A stretch of DNA of 64,000 bases. Source: Fibrobacteria bacterium. GTDB taxonomy: Bacteria > Fibrobacterota > Chitinivibrionia > Chitinivibrionales > FEN-1185. Below, piece by piece: positions 40,025 through 51,407 of the stretch (the first letter of the stretch is position 1; the number at the start of each line of letters is the position of its first letter). The translations under genes and the position numbers were made by a program. The notes beneath the pieces are model-generated. The model saw only the letters and a list, made by a program, of their open reading frames with translations, was not told where the DNA came from and made no database searches. The stretch is from positions 96,001 through 160,000 of the forward strand of contig JBBIGR010000003.1 of the NCBI GenBank assembly GCA_037447435.1, in the 5' to 3' direction.

Positions 40025-43000
40025 ATGAAGCATTTTCTTATACTGGTTTCGATCGTAGCGCTTTTAATCACGATCGTAATGACTTGCACCAACCTTCCGG
40101 ACGCATCCATGCTGACTCCCGTCAAATTCAAGCCGGCTGTTGTGACCAAGTTTGAGCAGGCAATCCGCATCACCGAAAGCAAGGATACTTCATTAATCGT
40201 ATCGGTAAAGGGAAGTGGCCCGATGTCCTATGCATGGTATAGGAACCAGACCAGGATCGATACGACGGCTCGAGATACGTTAACCCTGAAAAACACGCAA
40301 TTGACTCAGGCCGGAACATACACCGTCGTCGTAACGAACGATTGGGGTAAAGACTCGTGCAGCACGACTTTGTCGATCGACACCCTGTATTATTCGATTG
40401 CGGTCTCGTATGTAGGAAAAGGCTCTGTTTCACCGTTGGGAAACAACGGCATTGTCAAGGTTCGCCCTCTCGCCACGCCTGTTTTCTCGTACAAGGCGGA
40501 TTCGGGTTGTTACGTCGACTCTGTTTTTGTCAATAAGGTACACCTTCCGTCATATGCGACATCCTCACTATACACCTTTAGTCCAATAAATACGGACGGA
40601 GCATTTCGCGTTGTTTTCAAAAACGTTACGTTCACCCTGGCAATAACGCCGCCGGTCAACGGAAAGATAATGCCCGATCCTTTACCGAAAACAGAATTTC
40701 TCTTTGGTGACACTATCACCCTTGCTGCCGTTGCAGATAAAGGATATTATTTCGGAGGATGGGGCGGGGACGCAAGCGGTACCGATGCGACGTTGCGGGT
40801 TGTCATGAACGCCAACAAAAAAATATCCGCGACGTTTGCCGATACGAGCAAATTTTCCCTCACCGTATCTTCTCCGAACGGAAGCGTAACCCTGAACCCG
40901 CCCAGCGGCGTCTATAGTCCGGGCACGCTGGTAAAACTTTCTGCTTCGCCGGCGTCCGGGTATATGTTTACTTCCTGGAGCGACAGCGCGAGCGGATCAA
41001 ACGATACGGTTACCATAACCATGAATTCCAAGAAAATCGTCACAGCTAATTTTCAGCCAAAGGCCTACACGCTTTTCCTCTCTGCCGGGGCAGGCGGATC
41101 GGTGACTACGCCGTCGAGCGCCTGGGTCTATGCAAACGAAGGGGGCGCCACTCCTATTACCGCAACGCCTAATTTTGGCGCCGTATTTTGCGCTGGGACG
41201 TGGATAGCGGCACAGCCGTGATCGCAGTTCCGACAAATCAATCGACTACGGTAACCTTAGCCACGGGCAATGCAAAAATTCGTGCGCTTTTTGCACTCAA
41301 AGACTACACGTTGACGCTCCAAAAAACAAATACCGCCGATACAGTTTTTCCCTATCCAAGCGCTACGGTACAGCACGGCATTGCAACCTCGATACTTGTC
41401 AAGCCGGTGAGGGGTTCCCATTTTACAAATTGGACTACGGTCGTCGGGTTGGCCTCATTTGCAGACAGCGCACAGGCTTCGACGTCCGTAACCCTGACCA
41501 ACGGTACGACAACCATCCGTGCGGTAACCGTCGCGGACGCCTATATGTTGACTATGAAAAAGGACAGCGGCTCGGTGACCGTTCTTCCTGCCGGCAAAAC
41601 GACGTTTGCCTACGGCGATACTGCGTTGCTTATAGCTGCTCCTTCCATGGGTTATCGCTTTTCAGGATGGTCCGGCGACACACTGGTTTCGGATTCTCTT
41701 ATGACATCGATAAAAATCACTTTTGTGAAAAACCTGTCGATAATCGCAAATTTCACGAAAAAAGGAAGTTATTCGCTCCTTGTCAGTGGCGTTGGCGGTC
41801 GTGTGACAAAAAGTCCGGACAGTTCCTCGTATTCGAACAACGACAGAGTTGCCCTGACCGCAATTCCCGACAGCGTTCATCAATTTGACCATTGGAGCGG
41901 GGATGCGAGCGGAACTGCGAATCCCTGTACCGTGACGGTGAGCGGCAACAAATCCGTGATTGCTATTTTTGCAGTCAGGAAATTTCTTTTGACAATGCAA
42001 AACGGCGGCCACGGATCAACGACGCCTGCGGCATCGGATTCCATCCTCGTCGGCACGCCACGGGCGATTTCCGATTCCGTTGCGGCAGGGTATCGGTTTG
42101 TCAAGTGGAGCGTTTCACCGGCCAATGCGGCGACGATCCAGAACGATACTTCCGCGACCGGTGCTGCGGTAACCCTCAATCTCGCCCGCGACGTCGCGGT
42201 TTTGGCCAGCTATAATCAGCTTTTTTCCGTAAGCTTCTATGGAAACGGCAACGACAGCGGGACTGTACCTGTCAACAACAAGAAGTACTTGACGGGTGAC
42301 ACGGTCGTTATTCCGGCGGCAGGGACTCTTAAAAAGGTCGGGTACAATTTTTCCGGATGGGATACGAGTGCAAGCGGAAGCGGCATTGTCGGGTCGCCGA
42401 TTGTGGTTGGTTCTGCCGATGTGAAACTCTATGCAAAATGGATGGCTATATCCTATACGATCGCCTATAATCTTGATAACGGTACGAACGGAAGTTCTCC
42501 AGCAACGTCATATACCGTCGCTTCGCCTGCAATTAAGCTTCCGATTCCCGTAAAAACGGGATGTGTATTCGGAGGTTGGTTTACAAATTCAGGATTGACC
42601 GGAAATGCGGATTCATTGATTCCCGCCGGGTCAACGGGTAATAAAGAGTATTGGGTAAAGTGGTTGCCTATTTATACCGTCTCATTTGATGCGCAGGGTG
42701 CAACAAATCCGGCGGGGCTTCAAGTTGTTCCGCCGAAAAACACGCTCGATTCCCTCCCGACAACGCCGACAAAAACTGGGTATACCTTTGCAGGGTGGTA
42801 CACGGCCGCAAACGGAGGTGGAACGGCATTTACCGCAACAACGGTAGTCACGACAAACCTGCTGGTGTATGCCAAATGGATCCCGCAAACGTTCACCGTC
42901 TCCTTTGACGGCCAAGGCGGATCAACACCGGCGAATATAGACGTTGTTAATCCCGCGACGACCGTCGGCTCTCTACCGGCAACGCCTTTACGGGCCGGGT

Positions 43001-44619
43001 ATACTTTTGTCGGTTGGTTTACTGCGCCAAGCGGCGGCGGGACGGCGTTTACCGCGACCACGACCGTTACGGCGAGCCTGACGGTGTACGCGCAATGGAA
43101 CGCCAATCCGGCAAGTGCGCCGGTAAATATCATCCCCTTGCCTAATACCTTGACAATAGGAACAGGTACGCTTGGATTTGCACCAACGGAAAAAGTCACG
43201 ATCAGCTGTGATGTTGCGTCCGATTCCACGGTTCCATGGGTTGTTCAGCTTTTTAATCAGACAAATATTCCGACTTCTGTTGTGCGTTCGGGTACGGCAA
43301 AAATCGTGATAACGATGAACACCGCAGATCTTGGTACGCTTGGCAATGAAGGTTACAAATTGAGCATTACCGGAACACAGGTTATTATCACTGCCCCTAC
43401 AACAACCGGTCAATTTTATGCGGTGCAAACCTTGCGCCAGCTTTTTCCCGCAGATATCGAACGTCTCGGGACAGTCATAAACGGCCCCTTTTACCTAAAT
43501 CAATTGGAAATTACCGACAAGCCGCGTTTTGTTCATCGCGGTTGTTTGTTTGATCCAGTACGCCATTGGTGCGGCGGCAAAGACTCCCTGCTCATCCATA
43601 TCGACCGCATGGCGCTTTACAAGCTCAACCGGCTTCATATTCTGCTCAGTGACGACCAGGGTTTTCGCATCGAAAGTCTTGTGTATCCCAATCTTAACAC
43701 CGTTGGCTCAAATACACAGGTAGGCGGTGCTCATCCAACCGGGGGAACGAAGTGGTATTTTACACAGCAGGAAATGAAGGATATTGTTTCTTATGCAAAA
43801 AACCGAAAAATCGAAATCATTCCTGAAATCCAGTCGCCCGGCCATTGCACCGCAATGTGCGCATCATATCCAAATTTGGGAACGCCAAACGCCGCGGTCC
43901 AGACGGACCAAACAACAGGTAACAGCATCCTCAATTGTTCCGGAGCAAATGCGGCATATGTCAACACCTTCATGGGCAACCTCTGGCGAGAAATGTCCTC
44001 GATTTTCCCCTACAGCCAATACCATATTGGCGGGAGCGAAACATTCAATGCATCGGCTGCAGATTACAACGCTTTTATGTTGCGAATGCAGGATACGCTT
44101 CTTGCCATAGGAAAGCAGGCGATCGGATGGCAAGAGATCACCGCCGCGGGATTGCGAAGCGGAAATATATCGCAATCATGGTCAAAGTCGACAACCGGGA
44201 CGATTTTTTCGCCTTGCGATAACATGTTTTTGGACAATGCAAACCAGACCGGCGATGTAAGTACAATGAACTGGTGCGTGAATCAATTGACACTTCAAAA
44301 TGTTTATTCCTCTAATGTGTCAAACGCCTCAATCAAAGGAATTGAAGGAGTTCTATATACCGAGGAAGTTTCCTTGCCGCAATATTGGGACCGCCAGTTC
44401 TGGCCACGCCTGGCCGCGGTTGCCGAAGTCGGGTGGGCGCCGACCAATTCGAATTACGCAGGTTTTCAAACAAGAATCGGGTATTTTGGCGCCAGAATGT
44501 CGGCCATGGGTATTACGTATTACATTACCGGCGGAATAACCTGGAATACGGCTTCCCTGAATTCTTCAAAGAAAAATGTGTATTATAATTTCGTACCGGC
44601 ATTGATTCCTGTAAATTGA
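40025..44619 (+). pseudogene. large lipoprotein with Ig/InlB-B (Flg_new) repeats and C-terminal GH20 domain, split by a frameshift near 41188
   Basis: ORFs 40025-41221 and 41188-44619 join in one GxxFxxW repeat if one T is added; GH20 motifs EGYKL, DKPRF..RG, SDDQGFR, PGH, WPRLAAVAEVGW. Confidence 0.8.
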
Positions 44620-44654
44620 AAACAAGTCTTGCGGATGAGAGGAATGGATAAAAA

Positions 44655-44681
44655 AAGAAAAGGCCTTAGCGGCCTTTTCTT
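44655..44681. terminator. bidirectional intrinsic terminator
   Basis: AAGAAAAGGCC-TTAGC-GGCCTTTTCTT between convergent genes. Confidence 0.8.
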
Positions 44682-44700
44682 ATCGTCATTTTAAAAACCG

Positions 44701-46062
44701 TTACTTGAAAAATTCATCGTACAATGCAGCTACCGCTTTCTTTTCGTCCGAGGCGTCGATGCCGAATATCATGCTGATTTCCGAGCTGCCCTGATTGCAC
44801 ATCTTAATGTTGACATTTGCCTTAGACAACGCGGCTGCGGATTGCGAAAGCACTCCGATTTTATGCATGAGTCCTTCGCCGACAACCGCGACGAGGGCAA
44901 TGCCGAATTCCACCTTAATGTCGTCGGGTTTCAAACTTTCTTCTATGGTACGAATGATGTTGTTAACGTCTTCGGGGCGTAACTGGTTTTGGTCGAGGAT
45001 AATGGAAATATTGTCCACGCCCGACGGACAATGTTCATATGAAAAGTTAAGGTCTTCGAAAATCGACAATAACCGACGTCCGAACCCTTTTTCACGGTTC
45101 ATGAGGAATTTTTGCAGGGTGAAGCTGCAATAACCGCCGCCAGAGGCAATGCCGGTGACATCGCGTTGGCTGGGCAACCGCTCGGAAACAATGAGCGTTC
45201 CCGTGTTGTCGAGATTGAAGGTATTGCGCAAACGGATTGGGATTTTCTTTCGCATCACCGGTCGTACCGCTTCTTCGTGCAAAACATTAAAACCGATATA
45301 CGATAATTCGCGCATTTCCTTGTAAGTGAGAGCAGGGATGCGGACCGGCGCCTCGACCGTATTGGGATTGGCGCTAAAAATGCCGTCGACATCGGTAAAG
45401 TTTTCATATTCCACCGCATCAATAGCCTCGGCCAAAATGGATCCTGTAAGGTCGGAGCCGCCGCGGGAAAATGTCGCAGTGTCGCCGTCTTCGGTAATGC
45501 CGAAAAAACCCGGGAATACGACGATGTTTTCGGCGCAGATTTTTTTCAGAACCGCCAGGCGTAATTCAACTTCGTCAATTGGCTGGGCGTCACCGAAAAC
45601 CGGTGTCACGATGAGCCCTGCTTCTTTGGGAGACACGTACGTAGCTTTCTTTCCAAGATGTTTGAGATATTCTGCAAACAAGCGTGCGTTGATGTCTTCG
45701 CCGGCGGCAACAACCAGGTCGCGAAACTTGCCGCTATGGTCTTTTGCAGACGAAAGCCGTTTGTCGAAATCTTCAAGTACCGGTTCGATAACTTCCTTTT
45801 TTACACCCAGGGGTTCGTAAATTTCCCTATACCGGTTTTTTACGATGGTCACTTCTTCGACATATGGTTCCCCCTTAAGGGCTTTTTGCGTTGCCTTAAT
45901 CAGCATGTCGGTGACCTTGACCGTCACGCCTTTGGCTTTGCCCGGGGCAGACACAACCACCAATCGGCGATTGGCGTTCTTATCCAAAATGTGGGCGATT
46001 TGTTGTATCGTTTCCTTGGTGGCGACGGATGTCCCGCCAAATTTACATACAATAATGTCCAT
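44701..46062 (-). CDS. lysC: aspartate kinase
   Basis: KFGGTSVA, VVVSAPG, TFSRGGSD, TDVDG, two ACT domains. Confidence 0.93.
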   Translation of the reverse strand: MDIIVCKFGGTSVATKETIQQIAHILDKNANRRLVVVSAPGKAKGVTVKVTDMLIKATQKALKGEPYVEEVTIVKNRYREIYEPLGVKKEVIEPVLEDFDKRLSSAKDHSGKFRDLVVAAGEDINARLFAEYLKHLGKKATYVSPKEAGLIVTPVFGDAQPIDEVELRLAVLKKICAENIVVFPGFFGITEDGDTATFSRGGSDLTGSILAEAIDAVEYENFTDVDGIFSANPNTVEAPVRIPALTYKEMRELSYIGFNVLHEEAVRPVMRKKIPIRLRNTFNLDNTGTLIVSERLPSQRDVTGIASGGGYCSFTLQKFLMNREKGFGRRLLSIFEDLNFSYEHCPSGVDNISIILDQNQLRPEDVNNIIRTIEESLKPDDIKVEFGIALVAVVGEGLMHKIGVLSQSAAALSKANVNIKMCNQGSSEISMIFGIDASDEKKAVAALYDEFFK

Positions 46063-46077
46063 GAATCATTCTCCGCG

Positions 46078-47058
46078 TTATAATGGTGAAGCCTGAAACG
46101 AATTTTTCTTTCTGTACGAGCCAGGCGTATGCGAGGCATAATGTTTAAAAGCGCGCGTAAAGGAATTTGCATTCGGGTAACCGACGATTGTAGCAATATC
46201 GCAAATGGACTTTTGAGATTCTTCGAGCAGGTATTTTGCGTGGTCCATTCGAACATCGGTCAGATATTTGTACAGCGTTTTTCCCGTTTCTTTTGTAAAA
46301 ATAATGTTCAGATAGTTAATGTCGACGCCGCATTCCTTAGAAAGCGCTTCCTGGTGATGGAACGAGGAATAATTCGTTTTCATGAAATTCTTGGCTTTTG
46401 CAACAAGACTTTTTTGCTTGTTTTTAGGAAATTGGCTTTCTTCGATGACCAAAATTCCTTTTTTAAACAATACGACAAGTATTTCAAGGATGCGGGAAAT
46501 CGTTGCCAGGCCGAGCATTTCCTTATTGCCGCAAATAACCTGGATGCAATCGAAAATAAGATTTTCAAAATAGAGTTTTTCGTTTTCGGCCAAAACGATT
46601 TTTCCTTCGACTTCGGAATTCCAATAACATTTTGCCTGTTGAGAGGGGAGCAGAACGAAATCCATCATGAAGCATTCAAACGGTCCTCGTTGATGCATAT
46701 ACGTATGACGTTCGCCGTGATCCATGATACCCAGGTGACCCGGCCTCGAATTCCCAAATGTGCTTCGTGTGGCGTTTTGTATAATACCCATGCCGTCGAC
46801 TTGATACCAAAGCCGATAGCTGTCTTGCTGAAATCGAAGCAGGGTTTCGTTGGTTCCCGTCGGCATATTCATATTGCGAAGGTAATCGATGGACTTGATA
46901 ATGATTTTCATCTTAGGAAGTTCGATCACCGCACCATTGGGTACCCATGTAGCCAAATTAGCAAAAGTCTCAAACCCCTTTAAGCGAGGATGTTGGACTA
47001 TGCTTGAAGCTGCAAATTGCGACAAAATTTCGTGACGAGTAGGAAACATAGCCCACAA
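46078..47058 (-). CDS. AraC family transcriptional regulator
   Basis: C-terminal YLNIIFTKETG...DIATIVGYPNANSFTRAFK; start uncertain. Confidence 0.87.
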   Translation of the reverse strand: MWAMFPTRHEILSQFAASSIVQHPRLKGFETFANLATWVPNGAVIELPKMKIIIKSIDYLRNMNMPTGTNETLLRFQQDSYRLWYQVDGMGIIQNATRSTFGNSRPGHLGIMDHGERHTYMHQRGPFECFMMDFVLLPSQQAKCYWNSEVEGKIVLAENEKLYFENLIFDCIQVICGNKEMLGLATISRILEILVVLFKKGILVIEESQFPKNKQKSLVAKAKNFMKTNYSSFHHQEALSKECGVDINYLNIIFTKETGKTLYKYLTDVRMDHAKYLLEESQKSICDIATIVGYPNANSFTRAFKHYASHTPGSYRKKNSFQASPL

Positions 47059-47171
47059 AATACATGATACCCTGCAAACGGCAAATACTGGAATTTTCGA
47101 AATAGCTATTTTTTTGTTTTAGCAAAAAATGTGCAGGGCAAACGTCGGTGTTTCCTTGGCATTTTGGTTTG

Positions 47172-47453
47172 CTACCAAAGGATTTTTACCAATCCGAGAG
47201 TGAAGGCCGCGAGCAAAATCGCTCCGATAATCGCGGTTAAGCCAAGGCCTCTCTTTTGCTGCTTTGCCGATGAGGGGAACTCATTTCGAACGAGTTCATC
47301 GTAATCGATTTCATCACCGACATCTATGCCGTCAAGATATGTCCGGTCCGACCAGCCGCTTCGTTCATCCGCACCGCAATGAGGACAGGCCAATGCGCTG
47401 ACAGAAACGAGGCCGTTGCAAACAGGGCAAATAAAGGTCTTGTTGGTTCTCAT
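47172..47453 (-). CDS. zinc-ribbon small membrane protein
   Basis: CPVC..CPHCGAD..GW, C-terminal TM helix. Confidence 0.75.
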   Translation of the reverse strand: MRTNKTFICPVCNGLVSVSALACPHCGADERSGWSDRTYLDGIDVGDEIDYDELVRNEFPSSAKQQKRGLGLTAIIGAILLAAFTLGLVKILW

Positions 47454-47457
47454 ACTA

Positions 47458-47922
47458 TTAAGGCTTTGTTTTCATCATTAAGATTTCGTCCACACCGGGT
47501 TTATAAAGGTCGGCGAGTTTCGATACTTCCACATACCCGTTATTACTATAAAATCGTTGTGCATCGGTATTAAAAGCCGAAACGGTACAAAAGACTCTTG
47601 ATGCAATGAAAAAACCGTTTCGTTCAAAATGGCCGATAAGTTCTTTTCCTATATGAAGATTGCGATAGTTGGGTTTGACAGCTAAAAGCCTTAAATAGGA
47701 AAATCGGCAAAACATGCCTTTTGCAGTTGCCCAATAAAATCCCGCTACCACCTCATCGGGAACAATTGCGACGAAAACTTCATTGTTGTCTATACCCGAC
47801 TTGATAAGGCGCAAAGTATAATCGCTATCGTTGAAATATTTTGTCTGAATTCCGGATTGCGATAAAGCCTCCGCGCATTCATCGAGCATTTTGAGGTTTG
47901 CTTGAACTATTTGTATCTGCAT
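47458..47922 (-). CDS. GNAT N-acetyltransferase
   Basis: LAVKPNYRNLHIGKEL, AQRFYSNNGY. Confidence 0.85.
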   Translation of the reverse strand: MQIQIVQANLKMLDECAEALSQSGIQTKYFNDSDYTLRLIKSGIDNNEVFVAIVPDEVVAGFYWATAKGMFCRFSYLRLLAVKPNYRNLHIGKELIGHFERNGFFIASRVFCTVSAFNTDAQRFYSNNGYVEVSKLADLYKPGVDEILMMKTKP

Positions 47923-48174
47923 TTTATTCCCACAATGAGGACTGCATTAGATTATAATACGGTCGCTCGATTAAAAGGTTTTAAAGTATTTCCGGTAGAT
48001 TAAATATGGCAAAATCCATGACTTTTTACAACAATCAAATAAAAAACAATTTATATCGAATATCTGTTTTTCCTTCAATTGTAACAAGGAGCGAGAGGAA
48101 TTATTTTCCATACTGAGATATTTCATATAAGTATCGCGAAACGAGACGACAGCGAGCTTTCAAAAAGGGTATTA

Positions 48175-49617
48175 ATGGACAACACACAAAAGGTTTTATT
48201 CATCGAGCCGCCTCCGACATTGACCTGGTCTGTGGATTCACGGATTTCAAAAGCCGGCCGCCGGCATCCGTGTTTAAATGAAACCGGCGAACAGGTATAC
48301 AGTTATCAAAATCTTTCCTGTGCTGCAATACTTCGCAACACGGGCTTTTCCGTCGAATATCTGCATTGTCCGACGGCGCGGCTCGACATGAGTATGACGA
48401 AGGCAGAAGTAGACAAAAGGAAACCGCTTGCCGTCGTCATTTTAGTGGAGCATATCAATGCGCCGGTTGCTTGGGAAGTGAGCCGTCATGCAAAAGACCG
48501 GGGCGCGCTGGTGATTTGGGTCGGGCCGTTTGTGACTGCCCTGCATGAAAATGAAATCAAACGCAATTGCGTTGATTATATCGTTCGCAAAGAATGGGAC
48601 TACACGGTCGGAATGGTCATCGATGCGCATTCCCATCAAAAAGACATGGCCGCAGTATCGGGCGTTACCTGGAAAGATCGGGAGGGTATCGTTCACGTCA
48701 ATCCCGACAGTACCGCCGTCATCGATGTGGAACAGTTGCCCGTTCCTGCTTATGATTTACTTGATTTAAGTAAGTTTTACGAAAGCGTTTTCGTCGCGTT
48801 CCCTGCGGCGACAATGATCACTTCCCGCGGCTGTCCGTTCCATTGCATTTTTTGTTCCTATCCGCAAACCATTTACGGCCATGCCTACAGGGCGATGTCG
48901 CCCAAACGGGTCGTAGACGAAATTGCGTATCTTGTACACGATCTCGGTGTCAAGGAAATCCGTATCGACGACGATACGTTCAACATCGACAAACAACGCG
49001 TTATCGATATATGTAAATTGCTGATAGAACGGAACATAAAGGTCATTTATTCGATACAAGCCAGGGCGCAGCTCATGACCGACGAAATGGCCTATTGGCT
49101 AAAAAAATCAGGCTGTCGCATGGTACTATACGGCGTAGAATCCGGCAACGACGAGGTCTTGAAGCACATGCGTAAAAACACCACCAAAGACGAAATACGG
49201 CGCGGCGTTGCCATTGCAAAAAAACACGGGCTTGACGTCCTTAATTGCATCATGCTCGGTTTTTTCTGGGATACAAAAGAAACGGTTGAAGAATCCTTAA
49301 AATTCGCTTTCGAACTCAATGCCGAATTTACCCAGGTTTCCGCACCCACTCCTTTGCCCGGTACGGATTATTACAAATTACTCAAGGAAAACAATTGCCT
49401 GCTGACCGAAGACTGGGACAAGCACGACAGCGTACACCATTCGGCGGTTGCATTGCCTAAAATGACAAATGAGGAAATCAACCAGTATCTATCGACATTC
49501 TACCGGAGATATTATCGCCGCCCCAAATATCTTTTGATGATGGTCATGAGGTCGTTTCGGTCGTGGGGAAATTTTACCCAGAGTCTTCGCAAATTTTCGG
49601 TGATATTCACAAAATAG
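48175..49617 (+). CDS. B12-binding radical SAM protein
   Basis: TSRGCPFHCIFC, DDTF, GVESG, PLPGT; N-terminal cobalamin-binding region. Confidence 0.9.
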   Translation: MDNTQKVLFIEPPPTLTWSVDSRISKAGRRHPCLNETGEQVYSYQNLSCAAILRNTGFSVEYLHCPTARLDMSMTKAEVDKRKPLAVVILVEHINAPVAWEVSRHAKDRGALVIWVGPFVTALHENEIKRNCVDYIVRKEWDYTVGMVIDAHSHQKDMAAVSGVTWKDREGIVHVNPDSTAVIDVEQLPVPAYDLLDLSKFYESVFVAFPAATMITSRGCPFHCIFCSYPQTIYGHAYRAMSPKRVVDEIAYLVHDLGVKEIRIDDDTFNIDKQRVIDICKLLIERNIKVIYSIQARAQLMTDEMAYWLKKSGCRMVLYGVESGNDEVLKHMRKNTTKDEIRRGVAIAKKHGLDVLNCIMLGFFWDTKETVEESLKFAFELNAEFTQVSAPTPLPGTDYYKLLKENNCLLTEDWDKHDSVHHSAVALPKMTNEEINQYLSTFYRRYYRRPKYLLMMVMRSFRSWGNFTQSLRKFSVIFTK

Positions 49618-49637
49618 AATTGTCGGGTTTGGGTAGA

Positions 49638-49665
49638 GTAGAGACGCACTATAGTGCGTCTCTAC
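49638..49665. repeat. GTAG-type REP-like perfect palindrome
   Basis: GTAGAGACGCACTATAGTGCGTCTCTAC. Confidence 0.8.
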
Positions 49666-49708
49666 ATATTTTATATCCCGGCGGTATATCCCATCCCGCA
49701 TCGCAATT

Positions 49709-51151
49709 TCATTTTTCATCCCGGATTTTTATAAATCCCATTAATATCATCGCCGGAATTGTCGTGAAAAATCCGATCAAAAACAAATTCATGTACCCCA
49801 TTTTTTCAACGATAATGCCGCCGAAGCCCCCGAAAACGGTAGAAAAAATTGACATGAACGCCGAGCCTATTGCATAGTGGCCGGCCTTGAATTCCTTTTT
49901 GCAGGTTTGCAAAATATAAACGATCAACGATGCATTTCCTAAACCTGCGGCAAGTTGTTCGTAACAATAAACACTGCCGATCGTAAGCAACCCTGATGTC
50001 GTGGTCGCGAGCGGCCTGTGCCAGGCAAGCCAGACATAGGCAAGGATATTGAGATTCATGGTCAAGGTGAGAGGCCAAATTGCCTTTTTTAGCCCTGTTT
50101 TCTTTATCCATAACCCGCCGATTGTGGTACCTGCAATCGAACCCAAAAGACCGACCAAACCGCTCAGCCATGCAAGTTGGATATTTGAAACAAGAAGGAA
50201 TCGTTTCAAAAATGGGGTTCCCATTGAAAAAATCACTTCATCACCGATTTTGTAAAAAATTATAAATACCAGACTCAAAGCTATGCCGGGTTTTGCCTGA
50301 CCAACTAAAACCGCCAACAAGCCGAATAAGCCGAACGCCAGTGCCTGTATCGGGTCATGCTTGACAAGCGTTACGGTTATAAACACGGCCAGTCCCCCCA
50401 AAAGTCCGCTGACAAGTGCGACACCCGATCGTTTTTGAGATATTTCCAAATATGAGGCAAAAGAGGTCATGAAATCGTTTATCACGGTCTTGACATCGGC
50501 GGAAACCTTTTTTGCGGTTTCGAATACAGGCAATGAAAAACAATGATACAAAGCGAATATTCCCATGGTGATTGACGCTGCGGCAAATCCATAGCCCCAG
50601 GCATTATACATGTTGAGTGCAGATGCTTTTTTCGCCATAGTCCCAACACTGAAAATGATCCCGAATTTCGCAACAACCAGGGCGAGTCGATAGGCAAATA
50701 CCCGGTATCCCGTATATGCAGCCTGTTCCTTGGCTTCGGTGATGCCTTCCATATAATAGCCGTCAATGACAATGTCGTTTGTCGCAGACAAAAAGGCTAA
50801 CGCAATAAAGAGGAAAACCAAAATCGAGGTGGAAACTGTGGGGTCGGCACTTTTACTTGCTGTAAAGCATAATACCGATACCCCGGCAGTCAATATCGTT
50901 ATGATGATCTGGACCAAGGCCATCCAGCCCTTTTTACTTCCAAAAATATCGACCAGCGGTGCCCAGAGGAACTTGAGGTTCCAGGGAATGCCGAGAAAAT
51001 TCAAATACCCTAGATATCGTTCCTTCATGCCGATGTCGGTAAAAAAAACGGATGACATCATTCTGACAATACCGAATGGAAACCCTTCGGCAAAGTATGT
51101 GGTAAAACACCAAAATGAGGGCTTTGAGAAAAGAGATTTTTTTTCGGGCAT
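49709..51151 (-). CDS. AmpG-like MFS transporter
   Basis: YFAEGFP, PWNLKFLWAPLVD, SATNDIVIDG. Confidence 0.85.
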   Translation of the reverse strand: MPEKKSLFSKPSFWCFTTYFAEGFPFGIVRMMSSVFFTDIGMKERYLGYLNFLGIPWNLKFLWAPLVDIFGSKKGWMALVQIIITILTAGVSVLCFTASKSADPTVSTSILVFLFIALAFLSATNDIVIDGYYMEGITEAKEQAAYTGYRVFAYRLALVVAKFGIIFSVGTMAKKASALNMYNAWGYGFAAASITMGIFALYHCFSLPVFETAKKVSADVKTVINDFMTSFASYLEISQKRSGVALVSGLLGGLAVFITVTLVKHDPIQALAFGLFGLLAVLVGQAKPGIALSLVFIIFYKIGDEVIFSMGTPFLKRFLLVSNIQLAWLSGLVGLLGSIAGTTIGGLWIKKTGLKKAIWPLTLTMNLNILAYVWLAWHRPLATTTSGLLTIGSVYCYEQLAAGLGNASLIVYILQTCKKEFKAGHYAIGSAFMSIFSTVFGGFGGIIVEKMGYMNLFLIGFFTTIPAMILMGFIKIRDEK

Positions 51152-51407
51152 TGTCTAAAAATAACCATTACCCTTCGGCTGACAATACCATTTTTTTGTG
51201 GAATTATTATGTTTACTGGAAATGTCGTTATTTTTGCTAGTTTTATGCAATTTTCTAGCTAAGATGTGTTTACTGAAAATATGTAATTAAATTTGCGCAT
51301 AAGCAAAATTTTGCTTATATTAGCTCGTAGACAAGTGCCCTGCAAAATCAGAAATTAGCAATAAACAGTCATTTCTATTATTTAAAATCACTTTTTTAAG
51401 GGGAAGT

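Noticed and set aside
42670..43100. Tandem nucleotide similarity
   Set aside because: Explained by InlB-B/Flg_new protein repeats
46129..46983. 284-aa + strand ORF
   Set aside because: Antisense shadow of the AraC gene with no recognisable motifs
47148..47163. TGGCA...TTGC sigma54-like motif
   Set aside because: GG-GC spacing is 11 nt rather than 10, and it does not point at a gene start
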